Below are positions 54,242-64,000 of a stretch of DNA of 64,000 nucleotides, piece by piece; within the stretch, counting starts at the first letter, position 1; every line of letters begins with the position of its first letter. This DNA comes from a virus. Lineage: Duplodnaviria > Heunggongvirae > Uroviricota > Caudoviricetes. Location of the stretch: IMG/VR virus record IMGVR_UViG_2667527582_000007. One strand, written 5' to 3'. Made by a program: the position numbers and the translations under genes. The notes below the pieces were generated by a model, which worked only from the letters and a program-made list of their open reading frames with translations, was not told where the DNA came from and did no database searches.

Positions 54242-56292
54242 CCCGGTCGCAAAATGGAATTTCGCCGCAGCTGCCTGAATGGCTGTACCGCCTGACGCGG
54301 ATGCGCCGCCACCAACAGCCCCGCCAATGGCGCTGCCGATACTCCCGACAATCCCCACCATTGCCTGCTTAAGCAGAATTTCTGTCATCATGGACAGCAC
54401 GGAACGGGTGAAGCTGCGCCAGTTCTGCTCACTGCCGGTCAGCATCGCTGCCATATTCTGTGCAATACCATCAAAGGTCTGCGTGGCTGCACTTTTTACC
54501 TGCGACATACTGTCCGTGGCGCTCTCTTCCCACTCACTCCAGCCGGACTTCAGGCCTGCCATCCAGTTCCCGCGAAGCTGGTCTTCAGCCGCCCAGGTCT
54601 TTTTCTGCTCTGACATGACGTTATTCAGCGCCAGCGGATTATCGCCATACTGTTCCTTCAGGCGCTGTTCCGTGGCTTCCCGTTCTGCCTGCCGGTCAGT
54701 CAGCCCCCGGCTTTTCGCATCAATGGCGGCCCGTTTTGCCCGTTGCTGCTGTGCGAATTTATCCGCCTGCTGCGCCAGCGCGTTCAGGCGCTCCTGATAC
54801 GTAACCTTGTCGCCAAGTGCAGCCAGCTGGCGTTTGTACTCCAGCGTCTCATCTTTATGCGCCAGCAGGGATTTCTCCTGTGCAGACAGCTGGCGACGTT
54901 GCGCCGCCTCCTCCAGTACCGCGAACTGACTCTCCGCCTTCCACAAATCCCGGCGCTGCTGGCTGATTTTCTCATTTGCTCCGGCATGCTTCTCCAGCGT
55001 CCGGAGTTCTGCCTGAAGCGTCAGCAGGGCAGCATGAGCACTGTCTTCCTGACGATCGCCCGCAGACACCTTCACGCCGGACTGTTTCGGCTTTTTCAGC
55101 GTCGCTTCATAATCCTTTTTCGCCGCCGCCATCAGCGTGTTGTAATCCGCCTGCAGGATTTTCCCGTCTTTCAGTGCCTTGTTCAGTTCTTCCTGACGGG
55201 CGGTATATTTCTCCAGCGGCGTCTGCAGCCGTTCGTAAGCCTTCTGCGCCTCTTCGGTATATTTCAGCTGTGACGCTTCAGTATCGCTCTGCTGCTGCGC
55301 ATTTTTGTCCTGTTGAGTCTGCTGCTCAGCCTTCTTTCGGGCGGCTTCAAGCGCAAGACGGGCCTTTTCACGATCATCCCAGTAACGCGCCCGCGCTTCA
55401 TCGTTAACAAAATAATCATCCTTGCGCAGATTCCAGATGTCGTCTGCTTTCTTAAACGCAGCCTCTGCCTTAATCAGCATCTCCTGCGCGGTATCAGGAC
55501 GACCAATATCCAGCACCGCATCCCACATGGATTTGAATGCCCGCGCTGTCCTGTCTGCCCAGGTCTCCAGCGTGCCCATGTTCTCTTTCAGGCGGCGGGT
55601 CTGGTCATCAAACCCTTTCGTTGCGGCCTCGTTCGCCGCCTGCAATGCCCCGGCTTCATCGCCGGAACGCTGCAACTGAGCAACATACGCAATCTGCTCC
55701 GCCGTCACGTTATGGAACTGGCGTGCCATCGCCGTCAGCCCCGACGTCGGGTCTGTGGTCAGCTTCCCGAAGGCTTCTGCGACCTTGTCCACCTCCACGC
55801 CGGATGCAGAGGAGAAACGCGCCACACTCTGGCTGATGGACGCAATCTGAGCCTCACCGCTTACCCCCGCCTTAACCAGTGCGCTGAGTGACTCGCTGGT
55901 CTGGTTAAACGTCAGCCCTGCCGCCTGCCCGGCTCTGGACAGGACCAGCATACGATCTGCCGTCAGACCCGACTGATTACCGGAAAGGACCAGCGTTTTG
56001 TTGAAATCGGACAGGGTTGAGTTGCCCTGATACCAGGCATACGCCAGCGCACCGGTCGCCACCGCCAGCGAGGTGGCCCCCACCATCGGCAGGTTGATCG
56101 CACCGGCAAGCCCCCTGAACATGGGGATCATCCCGCCGAAGGAGTCCTTCACCTGCCCCCCCTGTTGCAGCAGGATCAGCCACGGACTTTGCCCGCCTGC
56201 AAGCTGCGTGGCCACGTCGGTGAACTGTGCAGGCAGCATACGCATGGCGGCTTTATACTGCCCGACGGAAATCCCCGCTTTCTGTGCAGCCA
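54242..56292 (-). CDS. H: Tape measure protein H (both ends lost in N runs)
   Basis: ORF 54098..56245 ...MLPAQFTDVATQLAGGQSPWLILLQQGGQVKDSFGGMIPMFRGLAGAI...AAAKFHFATG. Confidence 0.85.
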
Positions 56293-56302
56293 NNNNNNNN
56301 NN

Positions 56303-57040
56303 CTCAAAGCCTCAAGAATTGCCTTCCGGGTGGATTCCTCTCCGTAATGGGCAAGCGCATCATTCCAGTCACCAAAAACCGGTGGCAGCACAATGTCACA
56401 CTGACACGCTTTTGCAGCAGCTTCAGCCCTGTTCTGGCCTGAACTATTCAGATCTCGGTCCGCTGCAATAATTAGCTGATACCCCGGATACTTGTTATGG
56501 GCAACGCTGGCCAGAGAAAGAAAGTTGACCGCCGAAAATGCCACCATGACGGCTTCTCCAGTCAGATGATGAATGGTAAGCGCCGTGGCGTAGCCTTCCG
56601 TAATCCACATTCTTCTTACTGAACTCCCGCCCCCTTCTATAAGATGATAGGCCTCCTTAACCTGACCTCCTTTAAGAAAACACTTGCTACCATTGCCACT
56701 GATAAGCTGAATATTCACCAGCTCCCCGTCAGCGTTATAGAGCGGGACGATCAAATCACCGGGGCGGAACATCACCCCACCGGTTTTATGAGCTGAAGTC
56801 AGCTCATGGCAAATATGTTCCGGGAAACCTTTATGTGTAAGATAAGTATTTCCGGCAGATTCGCGCGAGGCTTGCAGCAGTCGCGCGGCAAGTGCTGCCG
56901 CTGCATCTTTCCCGCTATCGGTATCGGCGGTTAACGTCCTGACTTCGGAATTAGCTATAGACAGGCCATGTGCCATTCCATGTATCCTGTCAGCTGCTTC
57001 ACTGATATCCACATTCAGTGCCCTGGTGACAAGCGCTAAA
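56303..57040 (-). CDS. P4-like alpha primase fragment (second allele, minus orientation)
   Basis: ...ALVTRALNVDISEAADRIHGMAHGLSIANSEVRTLTADTDSGKDAAAALAARLLQASRES...QLIIAADRDLNSSGQNRAEAAAKACQCDIVLPP... Confidence 0.55.
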
Positions 57041-57050
57041 NNNNNNNNNN

Positions 57051-57309
57051 ACAGCATTTTGGAATAACCGACACGGGCAGACTTCACCACATTCACCTCG
57101 CGGATGTAGTCGCTGCCCATCGCATTCATGATGGCCCGCTGAAAGGGCAGTGTTTCCCAGCGCCCTTCCTGGTATGCGGATTCTTTCGGGAGATAGTAAT
57201 TAGCATCCGCCCATTCAACGGCGGTCTGTGGCTCCGGCCTGAACAGTGAGCGAAGCCCGGCGCGGACAAAATGCCGCAGCCTGTTAACCTGACTGTTCGA
57301 TATATTCAC
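57051..57309 (-). CDS. A: Terminase large subunit A, N-terminal 86 aa
   Basis: MNISNSQVNRLRHFVRAGLRSLFRPEPQTAVEWADANYYLPKESAYQEGRWETLPFQRAIMNAMGSDYIREVNVVKSARVGYSKML. Confidence 0.85.
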
Positions 57310-57829
57310 TCAGCAACCCCGGTATCAGTTCATCCAGCGCGGCTGCTTTGTTCATGGCTTTGATGATATCCCGTTTCAGGAAATCAACATGTCGGTTTTC
57401 CAGTTCCGGAAAACGCCGCTGCACCGACAGGGGGATCCCGTCGAGAATACTGGCAATTTCACCTGCGATCCGCGACAGCACGAAAGTACAGAATGCGGTT
57501 TCCACCACTTCAGCGGAGTCTCTGGCATTTTTCAGCTCCTGTGCGTCGGCCTGCGCACGCGTAAGTCGATGGCGTTCGTACTCAATAGTCCCTGGCTGGA
57601 GATCTGTCTCGCTGGCCTGCCGCAGTTCTTCAACTTCCCGGCGCAGCTTTTCGTTCTCAATTTCAGCATCCCTTTCGGCATACCATCTTATAACGGCGGC
57701 AGAGTCATAAAGCACCTCATTACCCTTGCCACCGCCTCGCAGAACGGGCATTCCCTGTTCCTGCCAGTTCTGAATGGTACGGATACTCGCACCGAAAATG
57801 TCAGCCAGCTGCTTTTTGTTGACTTCCAT
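57284..57829 (-). CDS. nu1: Terminase small subunit Nu1
   Basis: 181-aa ORF MEVNKKQLADIFGASIRTIQNWQEQGMPVLRGGGKGNEVLYDSAAVIRWYAERDAEIENEKLRREVEELRQ... Confidence 0.9.
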   Translation of the reverse strand: MEVNKKQLADIFGASIRTIQNWQEQGMPVLRGGGKGNEVLYDSAAVIRWYAERDAEIENEKLRREVEELRQASETDLQPGTIEYERHRLTRAQADAQELKNARDSAEVVETAFCTFVLSRIAGEIASILDGIPLSVQRRFPELENRHVDFLKRDIIKAMNKAAALDELIPGLLSEYIEQSG

Positions 57830-58016
57830 TGTTCATTCCACGGCCAAAAACAGAGAAAGGAAACGACAGAGGCCCAAAAGCTCGTTTTCAGCACCTGTCG
57901 TTTCCTTTCTTTTCAGGGGGTATTTTAAATAAAAACATTAAGTTACGACGAAGAAGAACGGAAATGCCTTAAACCGGAAAATTTTCATAAATAGCGAAAA
58001 CCCGCGAGGTCGCCGC

Positions 58017-58028
58017 CCCGTAACCTGT
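58017..58028 (-). other. cosN cohesive-end site (lambda-identical), with flanking cosB/cosQ-like sequence
   Basis: Reverse complement gggcggcgacct; flanks match the lambda left and right genome ends. Confidence 0.75.
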
Positions 58029-58217
58029 CGGATCGCCGGAAAGGACCCGCAAAATGATAATAATTATCATCTGCATGTCACAACGTGCATCTACGCAATC
58101 AAACCACGTCAAATAATCAATTATGACGCAGATATCGTATTAATTGATCTGCATCAACTTAACGTAAAAACAACTTCAGACAATACAAATCAGCGACACT
58201 GAATACGGGACAACCTC

Positions 58218-58451
58218 ATGTCAACGAAGAACAGAACCCGCAGAACAACAACCCGCAACATCCGCTTTCCTAACCAAATGATTGAACAAATTAACATCGC
58301 TCTTGATCAAAAAGGGTCCGGGAATTTCTCAGCCTGGGTCATTGAAGCCTGCCGCCGGAGACTGTGCTCAGAAAAAAGAGTTTCTCCTGAAGCAAACAAA
58401 GAAAAGAGTGACATTACTGAATTGCTCAGAAAACAGATCAGACCAGATTGA
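58218..58451 (+). CDS. Small ribbon-helix-helix-like DNA-binding protein (prophage cos-proximal accessory gene)
   Basis: 77-aa ORF ...RNIRFPNQMIEQINIALDQKGSGNFSAWVIEACRRRL...; fold call from sequence pattern only. Confidence 0.4.
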   Translation: MSTKNRTRRTTTRNIRFPNQMIEQINIALDQKGSGNFSAWVIEACRRRLCSEKRVSPEANKEKSDITELLRKQIRPD

Positions 58452-58492
58452 AGCAATTTAGATAATCGTGCAGACTACGCCCCTCATATCAC

Positions 58493-58918
58493 ATGGAAGG
58501 TACTACAATGGCTCAGGTTGCCATTTTTAAACAAATATTCGATAAAGTGCGAAAAGATTTAAACTGTGAATTGTTTTATTCTGAACTAAAACGTCACAAC
58601 GTCTCACATTATATTTACTATCTAGCCACAGATAATATTCACATCGTGTTAGAAAACGATAACACTGTGTTAATAAAAGGACTTAAAAAGGTTGTAAATG
58701 TTAAATTCTCAAGAAACACGCATCTTATAGAAACGTCCTATGATAGGTTGAAATCAAGAGAAATCACATTTCAGCAATACAGGGAAAATCTTGCTAAAGC
58801 AGGAGTTTTCCGGTGGGTTACAAATATCCACGAACAAAAAAGATATTACTATACCTTTGATAATTCATTACTCTTTACTGAAAACATACAGAGCACATCA
58901 CAAATGTTTCCACACTAA
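58493..58918 (+). CDS. Hypothetical 141-aa prophage protein (possibly DUF1398/YdfO-like)
   Basis: ORF 58493..58918; no recognisable motif; next to the small RHH-like gene. Confidence 0.3.
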   Translation: MEGTTMAQVAIFKQIFDKVRKDLNCELFYSELKRHNVSHYIYYLATDNIHIVLENDNTVLIKGLKKVVNVKFSRNTHLIETSYDRLKSREITFQQYRENLAKAGVFRWVTNIHEQKRYYYTFDNSLLFTENIQSTSQMFPH

Positions 58919-59154
58919 ACCATAACGTCCGGTTTCTTCTACCCCTGCACCGGACTGGCTGACATGAAGAGCAACCCCGCGTTCAGTTGACGCGTTAATA
59001 ACCCGGTGTGCATCGTTTTTGATTATTCCCGCACACTCACGCAGAAGGAATTCCCCGTCGGGCTACGGTCATGGTTAATGCGGGAATACGGCGACGATAC
59101 AGCGCATGATGTGTCAGGCTTGAATACCTTTATCCGTTAAAAGGNNNNNNNNNN

Positions 59155-59403
59155 GCGACATCCGACGCCATTCATGGCCATATCAATGATTTTCTGGTGC
59201 GTACCGGGCTGAGAGGCGGTGTAAGTGAACTGTAGTTGCCATGTTTTACGGCAATGAGAGCAGAGATAGCGCTGATGTCCGGCAGTGCTTTTGCCGTTAC
59301 GCACCACGCCTTCAGTAGCGGAGCAGGAAGGACATCTGATGGAAATGGAAGCCACGCAAGCACCTTAAAATCACCATCATACACTAAATCAGTAAGTTGG
59401 CAG
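59155..59403 (-). mobile_element. insA: IS1 5' portion (InsA and left terminus), variant sequence
   Basis: Minus strand [67 protein letters not shown]; terminus ...ggtaatgctgccaacttactgatttagtg. Confidence 0.85.
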
Positions 59404-59642
59404 CATTACCCCCTTTCCCTGTTGGAGATATTCCGATATTCACCTATTTATACCAATACCTCCATTCTTCATTAAGGGCTAAGGAGCGGTTTGCTTGAGC
59501 TAGTAGTAACGTCCGTTCCTGGCACAAAGCGGACAGTGATCACCGTTCTTACGACTACTTTCTGACTTCCTTCGTGACTTGCCCTAAGCATGTTGTAATG
59601 CGATACTTGTAATGACATTTGTAATTACAAGAGGTGTAAGAC

Positions 59643-59882
59643 ATGGGTAGCATTAACCTGCGTATTGACGATGAACTTAAAGCGCGTTCTTACGCCGCGC
59701 TTGAAAAAATGGGCGTAACTCCTTCTGAAGCGCTTCGTCTCATGCTCGAGTATATCGCTGACAATGAACGCTTGCCGTTCAAACAGACACTCCTGAGTGA
59801 TGAAGATGCTGAACTTGTGGAGATAGTGAAAGAACGGCTTCGTAATCCTAAGCCAGTACGTGTGACGCTGGATGAACTCTGA
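59643..59882 (+). CDS. relB: RelB antitoxin
   Basis: MGSINLRIDDELKARSYAALEKMGVTPSEALRLMLEYIADNERLPFKQTLLSDEDAELVEIVKERLRNPKPVRVTLDEL*. Confidence 0.9.
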   Translation: MGSINLRIDDELKARSYAALEKMGVTPSEALRLMLEYIADNERLPFKQTLLSDEDAELVEIVKERLRNPKPVRVTLDEL

Positions 59883-60169
59883 TGGCGTATTTTCTGGATT
59901 TTGACGAGCGGGCACTAAAGGAATGGCGAAAGCTGGGCTCGACGGTACGTGAACAGTTGAAAAAGAAGCTGGTTGAAGTACTTGAGTCACCCCGGATTGA
60001 AGCAAACAAGCTCCGTGGTATGCCTGATTGTTACAAGATTAAGCTCCGGTCTTCAGGCTATCGCCTTGTATACCAGGTTATAGACGAGAAAGTTGTCGTT
60101 TTCGTGATTTCTGTTGGGAAAAGAGAACGCTCGGAAGTATATAGCGAGGCGGTCAAACGCATTCTCTGA
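59882..60169 (+). CDS. relE: RelE mRNA-interferase toxin
   Basis: MAYFLDFDERALKEWRKLGSTVREQLKKKLVEVLESPRIEANKLRGMPDCYKIKLRSSGYRLVYQVIDEKVVVFVISVGKRERSEVY... Confidence 0.9.
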   Translation: MAYFLDFDERALKEWRKLGSTVREQLKKKLVEVLESPRIEANKLRGMPDCYKIKLRSSGYRLVYQVIDEKVVVFVISVGKRERSEVYSEAVKRIL

Positions 60170-60240
60170 ACCAAAGCATGACATCTCTGTTTAGCACCGA
60201 AGGTGACACTTCTGCTTTGCGTTGACAGGAGAAGAAGGCC

Positions 60241-60399
60241 ATGAAACTGCCACAAAACACTCTGCTCTGGTGCGTATTAATAGTGTGTCTCACACTGCTG
60301 ATATTCACTTACCTGACACGGAAATCGCTCTGCGAAATCCGATACAGGGACACGAACAGGGAGGTGGCAGCTTTTATGGCTTACGAATCCGCTAAGTAG
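60241..60399 (+). CDS. Hok/Gef-family type I toxin (52 aa) downstream of relBE; not in ORF track (<60 aa)
   Basis: [52 protein letters not shown]; Hok signature ...R.SLCE.R..D...EVAAF.AYE. Confidence 0.65.
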   Translation: MKLPQNTLLWCVLIVCLTLLIFTYLTRKSLCEIRYRDTNREVAAFMAYESAK

Positions 60400-60494
60400 C
60401 TAACCCCGGCGGGGGGGAACCCCATAAGCGCTAACTTAAGGGTTGTGGTATTACGCCTGATATGATTTAACGTGCCGATGAATTNNNNNNNNNN

Positions 60495-60802
60495 GTTTAT
60501 CCCGCGTGGCGTGAAGTGCATCAGTATGCAGCGTCACCAGTGCCACGACCGTGACCAGTTCAGCCGTATCCTGAATCACGGTATCCGGCTGCGCTGATAC
60601 CACCTCATTTTCATGCCCGGTCAGCACATTTTCCCGGCTGAGAGGGGTGTCCTGACCGGCAGTTTCATCCGTGTCATCAAGCTCTTCTTCCAGCTCTGCC
60701 ACACGAAGCGCCAGTTCTTCTTTCGTTCCCGTCAAACTGACATCGCGGTTCAGTTGCTCACCCAGCTCCTGAAGACGGGCAATCAGTTCATCTTTCGTCA
60801 TG
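60495..60802 (-). CDS. FI: FI (C-terminus lost in N run), second allele
   Basis: MTKDELIARLQELGEQLNRDVSLTGTKEELALRVAELEEELDDTDETAGQDTPLSRENVLTGHENEVVSAQPDTVI... Confidence 0.85.
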
Positions 60803-60842
60803 AACTCCTCCACAGAGAGAAAATGGCCCCGAAGGGCCATGA

Positions 60843-61260
60843 TTACGCCAGTTGAACGGACACGAACTCATCAGGGTCAGCCAGCAGCATCAGCGGTGCT
60901 GACTGAATCATGGTGAACTCACGCGCCGGATCGCCGGTGGTCACCCAGTTTTTCGGGTAGCGGGCAGAGGCGTTAATACCTTCGCGCTGTGCGTCCGCAT
61001 CCTGAATGCAGCCATAGGTGCGCAGACCGCGAGCCTGAGTGTTCCCCAGCACCATCGTGTTGTCCGGCAGGAAGTTCTTTTTGACGCCGTTTTCCACGTA
61101 CTGTCCGGAATACACGACGATGGCCACATCGCCATACATTCCCTTATAGGACACCGCTTTGCCCAGGTCTTTCACCGCTGTCTCCAGCTCGGAATGAGAG
61201 CCGCGACGGGTATCCAGCTTCTCCTTGACGGCTTTGAAGGAACGGAACAGCGCCCAGCCT
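60843..61260 (-). CDS. E: Major capsid protein E, C-terminal ~138 aa
   Basis: ...MKDLGKAVSYKGMYGDVAIVVYSGQYVENGVKKNFLPDNTMVLGNTQARGLRTYGCIQDADAQREGINASARYPKNW...SVQLA*. Confidence 0.85.
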
Positions 61261-61315
61261 NNNNNNNNNNATCAATGCCCAGGTTACATATAATAATAAG
61301 AGCAATTAACTTAAT

Positions 61316-61642
61316 TTATTTTTTTATAATGCGCTTACTTAATACAAACCATTGAATATACCCTCCTGACAGAAAATAAAGCCATATTATTATCGCCATA
61401 ATATACTTACTATCAATCCTTACGCCAATAATGTCTGATACAGTCCCTATAAATATTAGAGCAATAAAGAATACTATGCCTGTTGGAAAACATATTACCA
61501 TCATTCCATAAGACATGAGACTAATTAACTCGCTCACATCACGAGTGGAGTCTAATAGTGAAAGTCTATGCATGGAAAAGAATAGTATTAAAAGCGATAA
61601 AGCCAGCCATATAGCTCTGAATAAAAAAATAATATATTTCAT
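61316..61642 (-). CDS. Putative Rhs immunity protein (108 aa, ~3 TM helices)
   Basis: ORF 61316..61642; ATG overlaps the toxin TAA (TAATG); hydrophobic; immediately downstream of Rhs C-terminal domain. Confidence 0.55.
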   Translation of the reverse strand: MKYIIFLFRAIWLALSLLILFFSMHRLSLLDSTRDVSELISLMSYGMMVICFPTGIVFFIALIFIGTVSDIIGVRIDSKYIMAIIIWLYFLSGGYIQWFVLSKRIIKK

Positions 61643-62367
61643 TACATCACTCCGGTGAATACAAATCTAATAAAACGTCCAATGTTATTTCCGGAGCACT
61701 TCATCTTACATGTTTCTAAAGAATCATTAGACCAGTCTTGGCAGTTTTTAAATAGCCCTAAATTTATAGGTGTGAATATATCAGGCAATACAGAATAACG
61801 CGGCCTTACCTCTTTAAACTTCCCTTTTAAACAGTTCTCCACACAACTATTATCGGTTTCAACGAGGTCACAACGGCCAGCAGCTTCTTTTGTATCATTA
61901 CTTGCTTTACCTGGCCCCCATAGACCATCTCCTTTTGATTCTCCCCGTTGGTCTTGGCCACCACAAGTATAGTCCCCTTTACCATCTGGGACACAAAGAT
62001 ATTGATGATAGAACGGATTCCCCCATATATCTGGACCGCTTCTTTCACCAGTTCCGCCCATTGAATGCAGTGGCTTAATGCATTTTAGTGTTTCTAATCC
62101 TAATGGATCTATATTTGAGATCGGATTCAACGGATACTGATAAAAATTCCATCCCCCTTTCAGCCCAATCGGATCCTGAGTGATATATCGCCCCTGCAGC
62201 GGGTCATAATAGCGGTGGCGGTTGTAATACAGGCCGGACTCCTCATCATACTGCTGACCCGGCAGGCGAATGAGCTGCTGCAGATGATGCGGGTTCTCAT
62301 CACTCAGCAGGTTGCCCCATTCATCATATTCTGCGCACCACGCTGTTGCCCCTTCCGTGCTGATGAG
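61642..62367 (-). CDS. Rhs C-terminal end: core terminus (…[20 protein letters not shown]…DPLGLE) plus ~150-aa Cys-rich variable toxin domain
   Basis: Conserved Rhs core end and DPxGL boundary, then unrecognised C-terminal domain with ~12 Cys; N-terminus lost in N run. Confidence 0.7.
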   Translation of the reverse strand, partial: LISTEGATAWCAEYDEWGNLLSDENPHHLQQLIRLPGQQYDEESGLYYNRHRYYDPLQGRYITQDPIGLKGGWNFYQYPLNPISNIDPLGLETLKCIKPLHSMGGTGERSGPDIWGNPFYHQYLCVPDGKGDYTCGGQDQRGESKGDGLWGPGKASNDTKEAAGRCDLVETDNSCVENCLKGKFKEVRPRYSVLPDIFTPINLGLFKNCQDWSNDSLETCKMKCSGNNIGRFIRFVFTGVM

Positions 62368-62377
62368 NNNNNNNNNN

Positions 62378-62700
62378 CCGAATTTCAGGCCAGCGAAGGC
62401 AAGACGGGTTTTATCTTTGGAGGAACCTTGAGATTCAGCGCGGTTGCCTTTGAATTCATATTCCCACTGACCGAAACCAGTCAGTTGATCGTTGATTTGG
62501 GTTTCACCTTTGAAGCCAAGACGGGCATAAGTAGTATCACCATCATCTGCATCATTAGAGGAGAAGTAGTGCTTAGCATTAACTTTCCCGTACAGATCCA
62601 GCTTGTTACTGTCTTTATTATAAATTTCAGCTGCCTGAGCAGACATCGCCATCAGTACTGATGCAGCTACAGCAGAAATTGCCACTGTTAATTTTTTCAT
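62378..62700 (-). CDS. nmpC: General porin (NmpC/Lc-like) N-terminal 108 aa with signal peptide
   Basis: [83 protein letters not shown]... Confidence 0.75.
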
Positions 62701-63287
62701 CGTGAGCCCTTTTTTTGAACTATTATTAAAAAATGATGTCACTGCGCGATAAATATTCATCTAATCAATGTGATTATTTCAAGATGTAAGTTTTGGTTTC
62801 TCATTTGATTTGTGAAGTAGATCTCTATTTTTATCTGAACTTTTTCTATCGAATCCTATTCATGGCTCTTGGCTGAATAAAAATAAATCTATTAGCCAAT
62901 TTATATTAATGGCTGTTATTTATAAGTGCTCTATAATTTGAAGATTCAATTTAAACCAGCTAAAAATAACGCTGGAAATTATTTGTTGGTTATTTGTTGA
63001 GATTTGCTTATGTATTTGTAGTGGTGTTTTCAATACTCGGTAGCATTCTCGCAAATATCATTTAGTGGTTTACGTACGTAAAAAATTGGTTATGCTGTTA
63101 AGAGTGGTTACTTCGTCACACAGCTTAAACCCGCCGTCGAGCGGATTTTTCCATTTTTTGAGTCTCGATATTAGCTGATAACCCAATACCTGAGTTATTC
63201 ACTGACTCCGAGTCTGTTACGTTTCTGCTTTTTTGCGATACGTTGTATTCCCTCAATTTACACCCGCTTTGTCTGCGAGGTGGGGTT

Positions 63288-63503
63288 ATGAAATCCATGG
63301 ATAAGTTAACAACGGGTGTCGCCTATGGCACCTCAGCAGGTAGTGCCGGTTACTGGTTTTTACAGCTGCTCGATAAAGTCACGCCCTCACAGTGGGCAGC
63401 AATAGGTGTGCTGGGTAGCCTGGTATTTGGCCTGCTGACGTACCTGACAAACCTTTATTTCAAGATTAAAGAAGATAAGCGCAAGGCTGCGAGAGGTGAA
63501 TAA
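63288..63503 (+). CDS. essD: Lambdoid S-like holin (EssD-like)
   Basis: [71 protein letters not shown]. Confidence 0.85.
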
Positions 63504-64000
63504 TGCCTCCATCATTACGAAAAGCCGTTGCTGCTGCTATTGGTGGCGGAGCAATTGCTATAGCATCAGTGTTAATTACTGGCCCAAGTGGTAACGATGG
63601 TCTGGAAGGTGTCAGCTACATACCATACAAAGATATTGTTGGTGTATGGACTGTATGTCACGGGCATACAGGAAAAGACATCATGCTCGGTAAAACGTAT
63701 ACCAAAGCAGAATGCAAAGCCCTCCTGAATAAAGACCTTGCCACGGTCGCCAGACAAATTAACCCGTACATCAAAGTCGATATACCGGAAACAATGCGCG
63801 GCGCTCTTTACTCATTCGTTTACAACGTGGGTGCTGGCAATTTCAGAACATCGACGCTTCTTCGCAAAATAAACAAGGGCGATATCAAAGACGCATGTGA
63901 TCAGCTACGTCGCTGGACATATGCTGGCGGTAAGCAATGGAAAGGTCTCATGACTCGTCGTGAGATTGAGCGTGAAATCTGTTTGTGGGGTCAGCAATGA
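63503..64000 (+). CDS. rrrD: Prophage endolysin (lysozyme, RrrD-like)
   Basis: 165-aa [64 protein letters not shown]...; start overlaps holin stop. Confidence 0.85.
   Translation: MPPSLRKAVAAAIGGGAIAIASVLITGPSGNDGLEGVSYIPYKDIVGVWTVCHGHTGKDIMLGKTYTKAECKALLNKDLATVARQINPYIKVDIPETMRGALYSFVYNVGAGNFRTSTLLRKINKGDIKDACDQLRRWTYAGGKQWKGLMTRREIEREICLWGQQ

Noticed and set aside
54279-55891. Several 85-190-aa plus-strand ORFs inside the H tape-measure region
   Set aside because: They overlap the well-supported minus-strand H gene and have Arg/Leu/Pro-rich low-complexity translations; antisense artefacts.
61642-62760. 372-aa ORF in the track that appears to fuse a porin signal peptide to an Rhs C-terminus
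   Set aside because: It spans the N run at 62368-62377, so two unrelated contigs are joined in frame by translated Ns; treated as two separate partial genes.

Overview
This window is not a contiguous locus. It is a scaffold-like mosaic of roughly 110 short sequence blocks joined by 10-N spacers, plus one 269-N gap at 30014-30282, so gene order across N runs cannot be trusted. The content is Escherichia/Shigella-like repeat DNA. It includes many fragments, in both orientations and in more than one allele, of lambda-like prophage genes (nu1, A, W, B, C, D, E, FI, FII, Z, U, V, G/T, H, M, L, K, I, J, stf, lom, holin/endolysin, cos). It also includes IS1 ends and InsA/InsB pieces, ISAs1, an IS2-group OrfB, IS200/IS605 TnpB, Rhs pieces, P4-like primase pieces, REP/BIME and LDR (ldr/rdl) repeats, and tRNA arrays. 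A few longer chromosomal stretches are present: mtfA-asnT-cbl-nac, bcsE-bcsF-bcsG-ldrD, rclB-rclA, corA-yigE, ymdE-ycdU-serX, cadC, relB-relE-hok and porin-essD-rrrD. I found no intact multi-gene system that is clearly undescribed. The most interesting items are an Rhs C-terminal toxin/immunity pair with a Cys-rich toxin domain I do not recognise, IS1 insertions at cadC, rclA and yigE, att-like tRNA-Ser remnants, and two divergent corA alleles that suggest a mixed or chimeric source. All protein identifications rest on my reading of the translations against remembered family sequences; no database search was run.
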